From the NCBI GenBank assembly GCA_951406725.2, contig OX597815.1, forward strand, positions 15,748,001-15,812,000: a stretch of DNA of 64,000 nucleotides, written 5' to 3'. This DNA comes from Octopus vulgaris (lineage: Eukaryota). The position numbers were made by a program, and so were the translations under genes. Positions 1-12,868 of the stretch are shown here, one piece after another. The notes under the pieces were generated by a model. It saw only the letters and a program-made list of their open reading frames with translations. It ran no database searches and was not told where the DNA came from. Every line of letters starts with the position of its first letter. Positions within the stretch are counted from its first letter, which is position 1.

Positions 1-1599
1 GTCTTAATATTCCTCAAGGACATTTTTCATATGATGTAAAGTTAGATATTTCTAGAAATTTCCCCCATAAACTAGCTATAGAATTGCCACTCAGAAAGCA
101 GGATATCTCGCTGATTATAACATGGCCTCTCAGAAAACAAATCTCCTAGGCAACACACATTCATTTCCATTTCTAGAGATTCTGCATTGTGTACTTTTCA
201 TTGTCTTCATAAAAAAACCTGACAGCTAGTGTACACAATAGAAATACTATTTATCCCTCTTGGTTGAAGACCTATACTTCACATGACATAATTACATTGC
301 TATAACTTGAATAAAATATTTCCTTGTTACCAAACTTTCACAGGAGATTGTTTAAATATTTTCATCTTTCATTTCTATTCTCCTAACCATACTATCAACT
401 ACTCAATATAAATCTTTCAACAATTTCTTCAGAATGTAAAGACATACAAAATAGTACACTGAAGAATGGTTTGTTAAATACCAAAACCATTTCACCAACG
501 GAAACACTACAGAGACGCTTTCTCCATATTAATAGAAAGATTTATAAAGTTAAAATCTAATTGTAAATTAAAATCTAATGGATATGTATGTACATCTAAT
601 TATAAGATTTTTTTTAAATATTTTTTTATTTTACAGGTTGCTTAAATATGTTAAATACTGAACAAATATATTTTTATTACTGTGTAAATTATCAGAAAGT
701 ATTAACATAATTAAAGTTGTCCAATTATTTTTTATGGGTTTGAAGGGAATAAAGAAGTAGATGCTCTGATAGAAACAACAACAAACTTAAAGTCTGTTGC
801 ATAAAATTAGATTTAACAGTGCTGATTAAAGAGGCTAACAGTCAGTGACTAAAGCTACTTTATTAGACTGGAAACACACATGTCAAAATATCAATTAAGA
901 AACAGAATTTATGGAAGAGAGGAGATCAATAACAACAAAACATGGAAGAGAATAAACACACAATTTCCAAACAATCAATTAAAACAGGTTGTTGGAAGGA
1001 GTTTTTCTTCAAGTGAAGAAACAATCAATGGGTAGTTCAATTAAATAAAATAACTGTAAAGAAGGAAAGGTGAACAGAAAATAATTTGGACCAAATGGAT
1101 ATAGTCTTGAAAATTTAGAAAAATGTTATAATCTAAGGATCGTTCCTATAAGAGATACTGTATAATACAAAAATATTTTATTTTTATTATATTTTTACCT
1201 TAAAAACAAATTGGTTCGTGAAAACAGATTTACAAACATCCAAATATCTTTTAAATAAATATCAGTAGATATAAAGAGAAAAAGTTTGAAAATTATTTGC
1301 TTTATATATAAATATAGAATTTCAGAGTGTTGTAGGCAATAATCCCTTAATCTATATAAAACCATTCAGTTAAGAATAACATTGTAAACTAAGAGCAAAC
1401 ACCATGGGATGGGAGCCACCAAATTTCATACCTAAAGATAAATTTAAAGATATTTAATGCCCAATATGAATCAAATATCATATATCTTATCCATGATGGT
1501 CACATAGATGACATAAAAACCTAAACTAATTATTAAATGAAAATAATTTTATACAATATCCTATATGTTTACCAGCTTTAGTACAGTAATATCACATCA

Positions 1600-2455
1600 T
1601 TAAGAATGAAATATCCAATTTTCTTATGCACCAAGTTTGATGGTCGTTAACTCTGTTTTATCCTGACAATTGAAGAGTTACATCACTTTTCAAAATGCAA
1701 TTCATGGTATCTGATTATATTGTGAGTTTTCTCTTGTAAATCAATTTTTGTGAACCCATGGATAGATAAAAAAATTCATGTTGTTTATGAATATAAATCA
1801 ATGATGTGGAACCAATACATCTCAAACAGCTCGAAACATCAGAGAAGTGTTTGAAGATGTGGTGACTGAACACACTGTATGTTGATGGTTTGAGAAATTC
1901 TGGTCTGGTGACTTTACTCTTGAAAATCAGCCTTGTGGTAGACCTGAGACCAAGGTGAATAATGAGCTGGAAACTGTATTGGAAGCGGATACATCTCAAA
2001 CTACACATGAGTTCGCAGAAAGGTTTGGTGTTTCGATTCCAACTGTATTGGACCATCTGAAACAAATCAGCAAGGTAAAGAAGCTGGACAAATGAGTAAC
2101 CACTGGAACTGAATGAGCATCAAATGACACGTCATCTTGAAACTTGCTGTTCTTTGATGTCACGGCATAAAAGCAAACCATTTTTGCATCGTATTGTTAT
2201 GTGTGATGAAAAATGGATTCTTTTCATAAATAGCAAGAATTCTGCATGGTGGTTGGATAGAGACGAAGTGCCAAAACACAATCCAAAAAAGAATATTCAT
2301 AAAAAAAAAGCTAATGGTGTCTGTTTGGTAGTCCAGCGCTAGTATCATCCACTACAGCTTCATGAGGCCTGGTAAATCAATTCAAACCAATTGGATGAAA
2401 TGATGAGTGAACTTGCAATTAAACAACCGACATTGGTCAACAGAGACAGGCCAAA
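1600..2455 (+). mobile_element. Decayed mariner transposase fragment
   Basis: PFLHRIVMCDEKWILF (first catalytic D motif of mariner) in ORF 2124-2342; degenerate WVPxEL motif near 2093; multiple frameshifts and stops. Boundaries approximate. Confidence 0.85.
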
Positions 2456-3189
2456 AGAACCAGATAGAATAAGTACCAGGCTTACAAAGAATGAGTTCTG
2501 AAGTCAATTTGTTCAACTAAAGGCAGTGCTCCAACATGGCCACAGTCAAAAGAGAGTTCAAAATCGGACATTTCATTCTTGATGACTTGATGAAAACAAA
2601 TTATTCAAATACTATGAGGAATAGCTTTAAATCATTTTGAAAATTAAATATATATATAAAATTTAATTTGGGGTTAACCTTATTAACTAAACAATAAACT
2701 GAGGTAATTTCTTTTTCTATAACTTCAAAATAATAGCAATCCTAAAATTACATAAAAATTATACTGCAGTTCTTTCTTTAGTATTCAATAATACAAAACC
2801 TTTATTTTGTAAGCTAAAAAATTTAGGCCAGCAAAATGCCATAATAAGGGTGAATATTTCCAATAGATTCTATATCAGTGATTCTAAGGAAAGTAATGAA
2901 AAAAAAATAAAGCTGAACAGTCATAAAACTATGTAATTTTCATATCCAATCACAAATAGACCCACTACAATATTATATTTTGGAAATTTAATTCAAATAT
3001 TGGTACCCAAACTACTTTTTGTTCGCCTTTTTTTTAAATAGAACATTTTGTTGGTCATGTGTTTTATAAGTTAATTTAAAATTTCAAATGAGAACAAAAA
3101 AAAGCAGCGGCCTGAGGCAACTTTCCCAAGAACATTGCATGCCCTTGGCCGCAAGCAGCTTGTTCAGCAATGTCACACTATCTACTTAC

Positions 3190-3207
3190 CAGTTTTTCAA
3201 TAGGATA
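3190..3207 (-). CDS. Candidate 18-nt in-frame microexon of alpha-spectrin (YPIEKL)
   Basis: Minus strand reads gttgacttttttctag|TATCCTATTGAAAAACTG|gtaagtag: pyrimidine tract plus AG, consensus donor, length divisible by 3, no stop in phase 0. Confidence 0.45.
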
Positions 3208-3720
3208 CTAGAAAAAAGTCAACATCGAAATGAACAAGTCAAAGAATAAAGGAAAACTTCAGAGCTAAAGTTATTTCTTTTTCTCATATATTATTTTTTT
3301 TAACTTTTACACTTCCTTCATCCAGACAATTATTTGCAATTAATGTTAGAATCTGAATTGCAATTTAAAAACTTGCCGCCAACAGACAGACTTTCTACAC
3401 TTAAAATTATCTTTCATACACCTTCAACCAGACATTACATAAAAATTTCAATTACATATTTCCTTGAAAAATTTGCATTTTTTTTTTTTCCTTTTTTGTA
3501 ATTGGTTTTACAATGTTGAGTTAAAAATAATATTTAGGTCATGAATTTTAAATCATTTACAAATGAAATTCCAAATGTTGCCTGTAAAATAGCATTACAA
3601 AATAAATTTTTTAAATCTAAAGACATAAAACTGGAAAAGAATACAAGATATGAGCCTTCAATTTTATCGTTATTATTATGGTAAAACTAATAATTTTAAA
3701 ATAATACAAACACAATTTAC

Positions 3721-3861
3721 CTTGTCGTTAATCCAAAACATGACTTCATCACATTCCCGCATGAACTGGACAAGACGTAGTGCTTGCTGCAGCTTCAAAC
3801 CTTTTTCAGACAATTTGCTGATCAACAATGGCCACAATTCATGTAGTTTGTCAAGTCGTTC
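3721..3861 (-). CDS. SPTAN1: Alpha-spectrin, third coding exon (47 codons); gene continues beyond the left edge
   Basis: Manual translation ERLDKLHELWPLLISKLSEKGLKLQQALRLVQFMRECDEVMFWINDK; acceptor ttccatcag|, donor AAG|gtaaat; 141 nt, phase 0/0. Absent from the ORF track. Confidence 0.96.
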
Positions 3862-4399
3862 CTGATGGAAAATAAATGAATTTTATTATTTTAAAACACA
3901 CTAAGCAACCATTAAGATATATTTTAAGTATCTAACTTTACAAAAATACCATAAAAACCTTTGGATTTATAGAAATAATAGAAAAGGATGATGTTAAATC
4001 ATCATCACCCATGCTGGTATGGATTGGATAGTTTGACAAGATCTGTCAACCCTAACTTCAGTGTCTGTTTTAGCCTGCTTTCTATAACTGAATGCCCTTC
4101 CTAAACCAACCTCATTACAGAGTATACTAAGGTGTTTCATTCTTTTCTAGTCTTTGAACATCCTCAAAATTCAGGGGCATCTAACTACTATGTAGCATTG
4201 CTGATCATACACAAGCACCATACAATCTACCTTTCACTCTGAGAAACAGAACTTTTGCTACTAACATAGGTAATAGCTCTCTGAACATTTTCTATCTAGT
4301 TCTTATTCTAACAACTACACTATACATCTATTGCCACAGCTAACTAGGTTACCTCAGTAACAGCATCTATCTACTACCACTTGTAAACCCCCCAGGCAT

Positions 4400-5090
4400 T
4401 CAAAAAAAATCTATTTCCCATGTGCTTATTATTCCTGCACATCTACCACATTGAAAATTTAACTTCTGTTAAATTTTCCTGTCGTCCCACTACACCTCTT
4501 GTGTGCCCATAGCTTGCACTGAGTACACCACATGGAATTTCTACCTACACCTTTCCTACATACTGAGCAGGGCCATTTTCCAGAAATGGATTTGGGTCCT
4601 ATTTGCTCTCCAGCTAAATAGATCTTTAGTCTTTGCTATGTTAACTTTAAAGCCCTTTGATTCCAAACCTGGAATTTCTCTTCTATTCTGCTAAAGATTC
4701 TGCTTTAAGGATGAGATCATCAGCATATAGTAGTTCCCAAGGGCAACCAATCTTAAATTTCTGTTATGGCATGGGAGATAAGACTGAAACAGGAGGTAAC
4801 TGAAAACCACATGCTCGTGAATTCCTACCTGTATTCCAAATTTGTACCTCTGTACATTACTTGTATGGCTCTAACATGCCATCTGTCTATCTCTAGCTTC
4901 TTCAGAATCAGCCAGATCACAAAATGAGGTGCCCTGACAAAGGCTTTCTCCAGATCAACAAATATCAAGGACAATGATTTAAGCCATTTTGATTCAGTAA
5001 ACATATTGTGATAGTTAAGCATTTACATTGGCAGCAGCTTCACACATCACACTAGTAAAAAATTTGGCATCATACACCACCAGGCAAAAT
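4400..5090 (-). mobile_element. Decayed RTE-clade LINE reverse transcriptase fragment
   Basis: IFVDLEKAFVRAPHFVIWLILKKLEIDRWHVRAIQVMY in ORF 4825-5022; LYADD motif (catcagcatatag) near 4720; homologous to 41372-42690. Confidence 0.85.
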
Positions 5091-5411
5091 ACTGGAACTA
5101 AGAAAACAGACTTGTAAGAAATCTTAATATTTAATCTAAAGAATGATAGCAGAACACTCAAATTGTATACAGTTTATTTTCTCATTTGTCAAGTAATTTT
5201 GTTTCCATTATATATTGAATTCTTTTAATTATTTAAATATAATCATTTGAATAACTGAATAACATTGGAGTTATTCCTATAAAGCTGGAGTCTCATCTGT
5301 GCAAAGAAATTTTTTATTAAGACATTTAAGTCAGATTTTAGTTCAGTGACTCCTTTCCTGTCAATTATACATTTTAATTTATTTATGGTAACATCTAAAT
5401 AGTAAAGTTAC

Positions 5412-5537
5412 CTGAATAGTCTGAGAGGCGAAGTGGTTCTGGTCAATCATTTCTTTACCAGCATTATCCAGTGTCACAATAGCATTAGAGTGGGCTGCAA
5501 CTTCAGCTTCAAAAGCTTGATGTTTCTGGATCTTAGC
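5412..5537 (-). CDS. SPTAN1: Alpha-spectrin, second coding exon (42 codons)
   Basis: AKIQKHQAFEAEVAAHSNAIVTLDNAGKEMIDQNHFASQTIQ, spectrin repeat helix B; acceptor tattcag|, donor CAG|gtaact; 126 nt, phase 0/0. Confidence 0.97.
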
Positions 5538-6631
5538 CTGAATAATAGCAATAATAGCAGCATATAACAATAATAGTGTTAAATACAAAATAAATAAAAA
5601 AATTAAAAAAAGAATTTTTTAATACAATTAGAATCAATATAAATTATTCTAACAAAGAAAAATAGTACAGTTGTCTGTTTTCATGCAAATTACTTTCATT
5701 TTCTTAAACCCAAAAACAAAAAGGAGTCAATACAAATTGGAAGATGTTTTTAAGATATATATTTTCAAAGAAGCTGATCAATATACATGAATGTCTAAAT
5801 AAGAGTAATGAAAATGGACTGGATTTTAAAATTTACACAGAAAATTAGATGAACTTTTTAGAAAAATATATTGGGAAATAGAGATTACAGTTCCTTTTTT
5901 TTTTGAGAAAGATTTTAAAAGGTATTAAAATAATTTTGAGAGATTATCAATTTAAAAAGCTTTATATTTTATTAACCCCTCTAAAAATTAAAAAGACAAT
6001 ATAACAAGATTTATCAATCTAATAGTGAAGTGTTTAGTGCTTTTAACAGACTACCCATCAAAGAACAGCTGTAAATTGCATGACACAAGGAAACATAACA
6101 TTTTTTTTTTTTAATTAAAATATCTAATATACACCGAAAACCACATATTACAGGATAGAATTCAGGTTTATTTACAATATTTGATAAGTTTACCCTGAGA
6201 GAAAAATGTAATACAAATAATATCTTTTAATTAATACCATTTTATCAGCTAAGTAACCAAAAGCTTGCAACATTTAAAAAGAAATTATTAAATAATTAGC
6301 TACTGTAAACTAGATAAACACTTCAAACTAACTTGTGCTTAAATATTTCTAGAATATATTCAATTTAAACGTAACATTTAACCATTGAAATATTTAAACT
6401 TCTCAGAAGTTTATATATACAAAAAGTCAAAATAAATACTTATCTATTTGGCCCAATTAACCCAACCAAACCAGTTTAGAAGAGTGAAAAGGTTACATCT
6501 TAAGAAAAACTAATATAACAATAAATGGCCATTGTTTGAAATATGAGGAAAAAACAGATTGAAATATATTTGTCTGTCTCCCTTTCATTTTTCTTTATTT
6601 ACACAGAACGTGATTATTAATAAAGTTTTAC

Positions 6632-6877
6632 CTGCAAGTTGGTGGGATCTTTATAGTTCTCATCCGATGCTGTTTGAAGTTTCTCATAAATCCAGCTTTC
6701 CAGCTCATCAGCATCTCGTTTAAAGAACTGGTAACGTCGAGAGTCTTCCAGACGCTCTCTACGGTCCTTACAGGCATTCCTAAAGAAGCCATAACGACTA
6801 ATAACTTCTTCACGACGTAGCTGAATGTCCTCCGCCGTCTCCAAAATCTTCACTTCTCTTGGCTGGACGTCGGTCAT
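6632..6877 (-). CDS. SPTAN1: Alpha-spectrin, first coding exon (82 codons; exon starts at 6886 with 9 nt of 5' UTR)
   Basis: MTDVQPREVKILETAEDIQLRREEV...RRYQFFKRDADELESWIYEKLQTASDENYKDPTNLQ matches the alpha-spectrin N-terminus (tetramerisation helix plus repeat 1). Acceptor ttacag|TGAATCAAAATG, donor CAG|gtaaaa, phase 0. Confidence 0.97.
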
Positions 6878-7062
6878 TTTGATTCACTGTAACAGTAAAT
6901 AAATGTAGGTCACTAGATTATATACCAAGAACAAGAATTATTTCATCAGTTTTATCAATTCCAGCATTACTGAGAAGTCTCTCATGCTAGCACAGTTTAC
7001 ACAATTGTCCATCTACTGGAATTGTTGGATTTAAATAACAAAGACATTTACATTATTTAAGT

Positions 7063-7235
7063 AGGCGCGGGCATGGCTGTGTGGTTAGGGAGCTTGCTTC
7101 CTAACTACATGGTTTCGGGTTCAGTCCCACTGCGTGGCACTTTGGGTAGGTGTCTTCCGCTATAGCCCCGAGCCGACCGGAGCTTTGTGATTGAATTCGG
7201 TAGGCGGGAGTTACTGCCGTGTGTGTATGTGTGCG
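7063..7235 (+). mobile_element. tRNA-headed SINE (family B), 3'-truncated
   Basis: A box TGGCTGTGTGG and B box GGTTCAGTCC; same head as the copies at 23.5, 51.1 and 52.2 kb. Confidence 0.85.
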
Positions 7236-7859
7236 TATAGCTGCTCAGTGCCTCTTCGAAAGAGAGAGAGAAGATGAAATTTTGAAATTGTTCAGTATTT
7301 TTTTCCCTCCATAACAAAAATTCATAATTTCAGAGACATAATCATTGAGGGTTCCTGTATGTCTATGTACTGGAAATTTAACACTAAGTTATTGTTTCTT
7401 TGTTTTTATTTATTTTTTTTGACACTTTATTTACGGTAACAATAAATACTATTCTTTTTCTAGTAGAACTTTCTCTTCCCTTGAATGCAACAATGACAGT
7501 TGTAAAATATAATAATATCTGCGTAGTTAATATGAAACGGTTAAATGCAGATATAAAAGGCTGTTGAGATCATTAGGCAGAACTAGGAAAAAAAGTGAAG
7601 ATAGGCATACAGCTGAAAATAGTATAGAATATATTCTTTTGCTTATTTACTTAAAAGGACAAAGATGTGCCAATAACCATTTAAATCTCATTTAAGACAA
7701 CAAAATAGAGATAAAAACTATTGTAACAAAAAGAAAAAATAGACAACTGCAAAGGCTTGTTGCTAAGTGCTGTGACAACTGAACCGAGTTGTAAATCAAT
7801 GACTTTAGTTAACATATGAGTCAGTGAGCAAGAAATAGCTTTATAATAATAAATATAAA

Positions 7860-7908
<49 letters not shown>

Positions 7909-9078
7909 ATGTGTGTGTATTTTGTTTATTTTATATTTATTATTATAACTTAACTTTTGTACTTTATAATCTACAAAGCCTATATACATGTACCTCATAT
8001 TCATCTGCCTATTACCTCAATCCACTTGAGTAATAAAGGCAGAATGAGGTACTTTTATCTATTGGCTGAAACAGCTGTAAGTTATTTTACCAATTTATAT
8101 TCATGTTTTTTTTTTAATAATTACTGGTATCCTTATCTTATATGCAAAGAATAATATGCTATATGTATGTATGTTGTTATAATTATCAGTTTAATAAATA
8201 AATAAGTTAACATTTTTAATGTCCAAAAGTTGATGAACCACCTATTGTTCTCCTCCATTTTCTTATTGCTATATAAATTAATGGTAAAATATCTCTTTAC
8301 CTTCACCCATTTAATACACTAGGTAATGTAATTGCAATGCAATAAAAAGAAACACTTGTGTATTAATAATTGGGTATTCTCCCAACAGTATATTGGATAG
8401 ATATTATCCCTTAGTGGGATGCCTTTGATATAAGTTTATCAGATCTGGACTGAAATAATGACTGCAAAGATAACTTTCAAAAATGATAAAAAAACTTCCT
8501 TCCCCTCTCAATAAATTATCTCTGTTTGATATATCAAATATCTCTACAAAACCTTTTCTAGTTAGAAGTAGCTAATTTGAATTATAATTTGGATTATTTT
8601 AATTGCTTTATGTAATCAACATAAAGTTCTCATAAAACTGTTTTACCAAACTACACTGGATGGCAGTAACACCTTCCAATTCATACATTCCTTGACTAAG
8701 CTTTATTCTATAATAACCTCTAGCTAAGATTTCCAACAAATGAAGAAGGTCGAGCATGTGGAAATAAAGGAATTCAAGTAAACCATGTTTCAAATGTATT
8801 AAATCAAGTAAACTAAACTCATGAACTAAATGACACTAAATTTGCAAAGTACTCTTTTCTTTATGTTCTGATATTCAAATCACTCTGAAGTCAACTCAGC
8901 AATTCCTCCAGTCAGAGGATTAATAACAGTTAAGTTGGGAAAAAAGTTTGGGCTCAGAGTGATACTCATTCAGTTCACTGACATGTCCATCAACATAATC
9001 ATTTCTACAAGTTAAAGCAGAACTCAGTCACATAATAAATAGTACTTAATTCTCCTAGCTTCTTGTTTCTGCAACATA

Positions 9079-9962
9079 TAAGGGGGTATCCAAAAATAAC
9101 TGGAAACATTCTCTGAGAGACAAGCCTGTTGTAGTTCAGGTTTCCACCACTAGAAGCCACTTGATGTGACTCAGGCGTCAGTCTGCCGACCAGCAGCATC
9201 AACTAATGTCGCACTACCACATGGTGCATCTTTGTTTTGCAGTGCTTCTCCCCTATTTGTCAATTTTTGTGATGGCTGAAATGAAGGAACAGCATGCTTC
9301 CATGAAGTTCTGTTTTCTGCAGTAGAAAATGGTGGCTGAAACAGTTGCCATGCTTCAAACAGCTTACAAGGATGCTGTCATCAGCAAACACACAAGTTTA
9401 CAAGTGGTTCCCATGCTTTAGGAATGGTCACTTGTTGCTTGAAGATCAATGTCAACCTCCTGAATGAATGTAGACATCACGAAAATTCATGAATTGATCT
9501 TGGAGGACCATCACCAAACAATTGACAAACTTGATATGACTGATGTGTCCTGGAGCTCCTACCAATAAATTCTGAGTAAAGAATTGCAAATGAAGAGTTG
9601 CAGTGAAATTTGTGCTTCACTTGCTCACAGTAGATCAAAAGCAGTCATGACTGAATGCATGTCATGAACTGAAAGAACAGTTGGAAGTTGATCTGGACCT
9701 TTTCCAAAGGTCATCAATGGTGATGAAAGATGGTGCTACGGAATTTGCAGATGTGGAAGAGGTGAAGAAAAAAAAACAACAGAGGTATTAAAAGTCATCA
9801 GTTTGCAAGAGTTCCAGCACTGCTTTGAATAGTGGAAAATGTGCCTGGACTGATGCATTCCTTCAAATGGAAAATGCTTTGAAGGCAATAAAAGTGTAAA
9901 CATGTAAAACTAAGTGAATAAAACAATATTTAAAATTCCAATTTCCTTCAGGTACTCCCTAA
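9079..9962 (+). mobile_element. Internally deleted, decayed mariner element
   Basis: Degenerate TIRs (taagggggtatccaaaaataactggaa ... ttccaatttccttcaggtactccctaa) flanked by TA; internal remnants KVINGDERWCY and a mariner C-terminus. Confidence 0.8.
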
Positions 9963-11880
9963 TAAGCTAAATGTTATAAGCAATTTGCTAAATTTACAGT
10001 CTCAATAGTAGAATTTATAATATGCTTCTACAAAATTGAAAAAGAAAAATTCTCTTATCAAAAGAAATGTCTCAATGTAAAAGAACAAATAAACTAAAGT
10101 CTTTGTTCTAAGTAATGGTAATTATTTATCGTCTTTTCAATCATTTTTGTTAAATGGTCTCATGCCACTAAACAGCTGTGTCTAATGCTCCAGTAACATA
10201 ATCATGCAGTGTTGCTTAATCCTTCCTATTCAGAACTACTACACCACCCAGGAACCAATAATTTATCAACTGAAACTAAAAAATATTTCTAACTACATTT
10301 AAACCAATCACTAAATGAGAGTTAAGCTATGGGATAAATGAATAAGGACATAATTACAAAGATTGCCAGTGATACTGCAATTTGCTTTTAGTATACTGTA
10401 TTTTGATTTTGAACCAACAGGTAACACATTTCATTAATTTTACCCTAGTAACTGAAATCATAATGACTATAAAAATATTACATAACTAAAAATTATGCTT
10501 CAACAATTTGAAAAGTTGTTACCATTAAATAAATCAATTCAAGTATTACTTGATGGAAAAGCAGATGGAAAAATGGAGAAATAGTGGTGCAAAGAAAAAA
10601 TTATAATGATGTTTAATTGAAGAAAGAATAAAAAAAGAAAATTCAATTGAATACAATACTATCTGTTGTCTGTGAGCTCTAAGAATTTAGTTTAGATAGG
10701 AACTAACCAGATGACATCAATTTTCATTAAAAGGCTTCTCTGACTAATTAAACATTCTCTGTTTAAAACAAAATTTACACTGTATTCTACACAGAAGCCT
10801 TTAAAGCTGCACAAGGTTTTGTAAGCAGCAAATATCAAGAATTAATCTTTCAAGACATGGAGAAATAACAAGAGTAGTGGAGTTGAAGGAACACTGTCAG
10901 TTATACAAAGGATTCTTTAAAGAAATCATTTGAACATTGAATTTTTGCAAACTCTACAAATAAACATGATGAATAAACAACAATTAGAAAACCAAATCCT
11001 CTTCTGTTGATGAAATATCAGGTTTAACAAATGCATTCAAATCAGAAAGCCAACTAGGGAGCCTCTACGTGGTTGTTTGACATGCTAGAAATAGCATCTA
11101 AATCTCAAATAATACCTCACTGTCTTAGAAAAGAATGCAGTTGATAATGTGGGTTCTGGACTCCCTGCACATATCAAGAAGTCAGGATGGTCACAGATGG
11201 TTTAGTCTTACGTCTGCATGATTATGGCAGGCCTGAAGGTAGGGGGACTAAACCACAACATTCCAGCCAAACGCAACATAACTGACAGTATAATGTACAT
11301 TATTCTACTTCCTAAGGTAATCCCACTACAAACACCAGCACCACTTCATAGTTACATGTTCAGTATAGAAAACAATCCATATATAAAATGCTTCAATTTA
11401 TGCATTAACCAAACCAACAACTCATTCAACTACATAAATATTTGTAAAATGGAATGTTCAGTTTAGACACACTTTTTTGATAGTTATAGAAGCCTGAAAT
11501 AATGTCAGTCAATAAAAAGATAGTGCATGAGAGTGTGTGTGGGAGTGTGTTGACACACTCCATTGACAACAATTCAGTTCTCATGCAATTTATAACTTTA
11601 CAATGTAAAATGGGAAAATTGCCAACTCTATAATAATTACCACAGCTTAAATACCCACACCCACAACTCTTTCAACATTTCTAACTATTCGTTTGCAAAA
11701 GAATACAATACATTTACTCTTCTATAAAACTGAATCAGGAACACATTTTAAAATCAGTCACTGAGAGTGAAAATAATTCTGAATCCTCCTGAAAAATGCA
11801 CAAACCTCTTAATAAACAAATACTATAACTTTATTCCAACAAATATAGACTAATTTATATGCAAAATAAACAAATGTATT

Positions 11881-12295
11881 CATCATCATATCATTTAACG
11901 TCCACTTTCCATGCTAGCATGGGTTCAACGATTTGACTGAGGACTGGCGAACCAGATGGTTGCACCAGGCTCCAATCTGATCCGCAGAGTTTCTACAGCT
12001 AGATGCCCTTCCTAATGCCAACCACTCCAAAAGTGTAGTGGGTGCTTTTACGCGCCACCGGTACAAGGGCCAGTCTGGCGGTACAGGGAACAAGCCATGC
12101 TCAAATGGTGTTTTTTACATGCCACCTGCACAGGAGTCAGTCCAGCGGCACTGGCAATGACCTCACTTGAATGCTTTGTTCATGTGCCACCGGCACAAGT
12201 GCAGGTAAATATCACGCTCAAATGGTGCTTTTTATGTGCCACCGGCATGGAAGCCAGATAGCTGCTCTGGCAGTGATCCCGCTCAGATGGTGCTG
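11881..12295 (-). mobile_element. SINE-like family A ((GAT)n tail, internal ~55-60 bp repeats)
   Basis: Core ctacagctggatgcccttcctaacgccaaccac and repeated ggtgctttttacgtgccaccggcac units shared by about 15 copies in the window. Confidence 0.85.
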
Positions 12296-12868
12296 TATTA
12301 TTCAATTAAAACCAAGGGCAGACTGTTTTGAGAGTGATTGGTATTTAGTATAGGTATTTCTTCATGTAAGTAGGTTTATGGGGGTACGCAGTGGTGTATC
12401 TTAAATATTTGGTGTATCTTAAAAATTCATATTTGCTGTTTTTTAAAATTTTTATATCCTATAAGTTAAATGACAAACTTTCATTAGCAATGGTTATTAT
12501 GATCATCCATTGGCTAACTAATAGACTAACATTTGTTTCCCATCTTAAATCCACAATTCAAACATAACTGCACTTAGCAAAGCAAATGCACACCTTTCTA
12601 ATGTTCATCATACAAACCATTAAAGAACAGTTGAACATAAATCAAATGCTATATCTTAATCACAAACTTACATATATGCCAACACAAGTGCCAAAAAGTT
12701 GGATATATTAGACTCCTAAACTTTTGTTAATAATTAAAGTAATGATCAAAAAATAGACTGAATTCAAGTTTCTGCAAACTTATATACAAAACCACTGCAT
12801 ACACATTTTATAACAAGAGGTATTTGAGCTAGAGAGATGCATACATTTTGCATGAACAACTTTACATA

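Noticed and set aside
455-500. CTGAAGA-stem-AAAAC hammerhead-like remnant; similar weak motifs near 16975, 17085 and 57450
   Set aside because: GAAA and/or stem I missing; may be decayed Penelope remnants but cannot be supported.
1-3180. Next alpha-spectrin exon (expected E.FVTS..FGQDLEHVEVLQ)
   Set aside because: Not found by inspection; presumably beyond the left edge.
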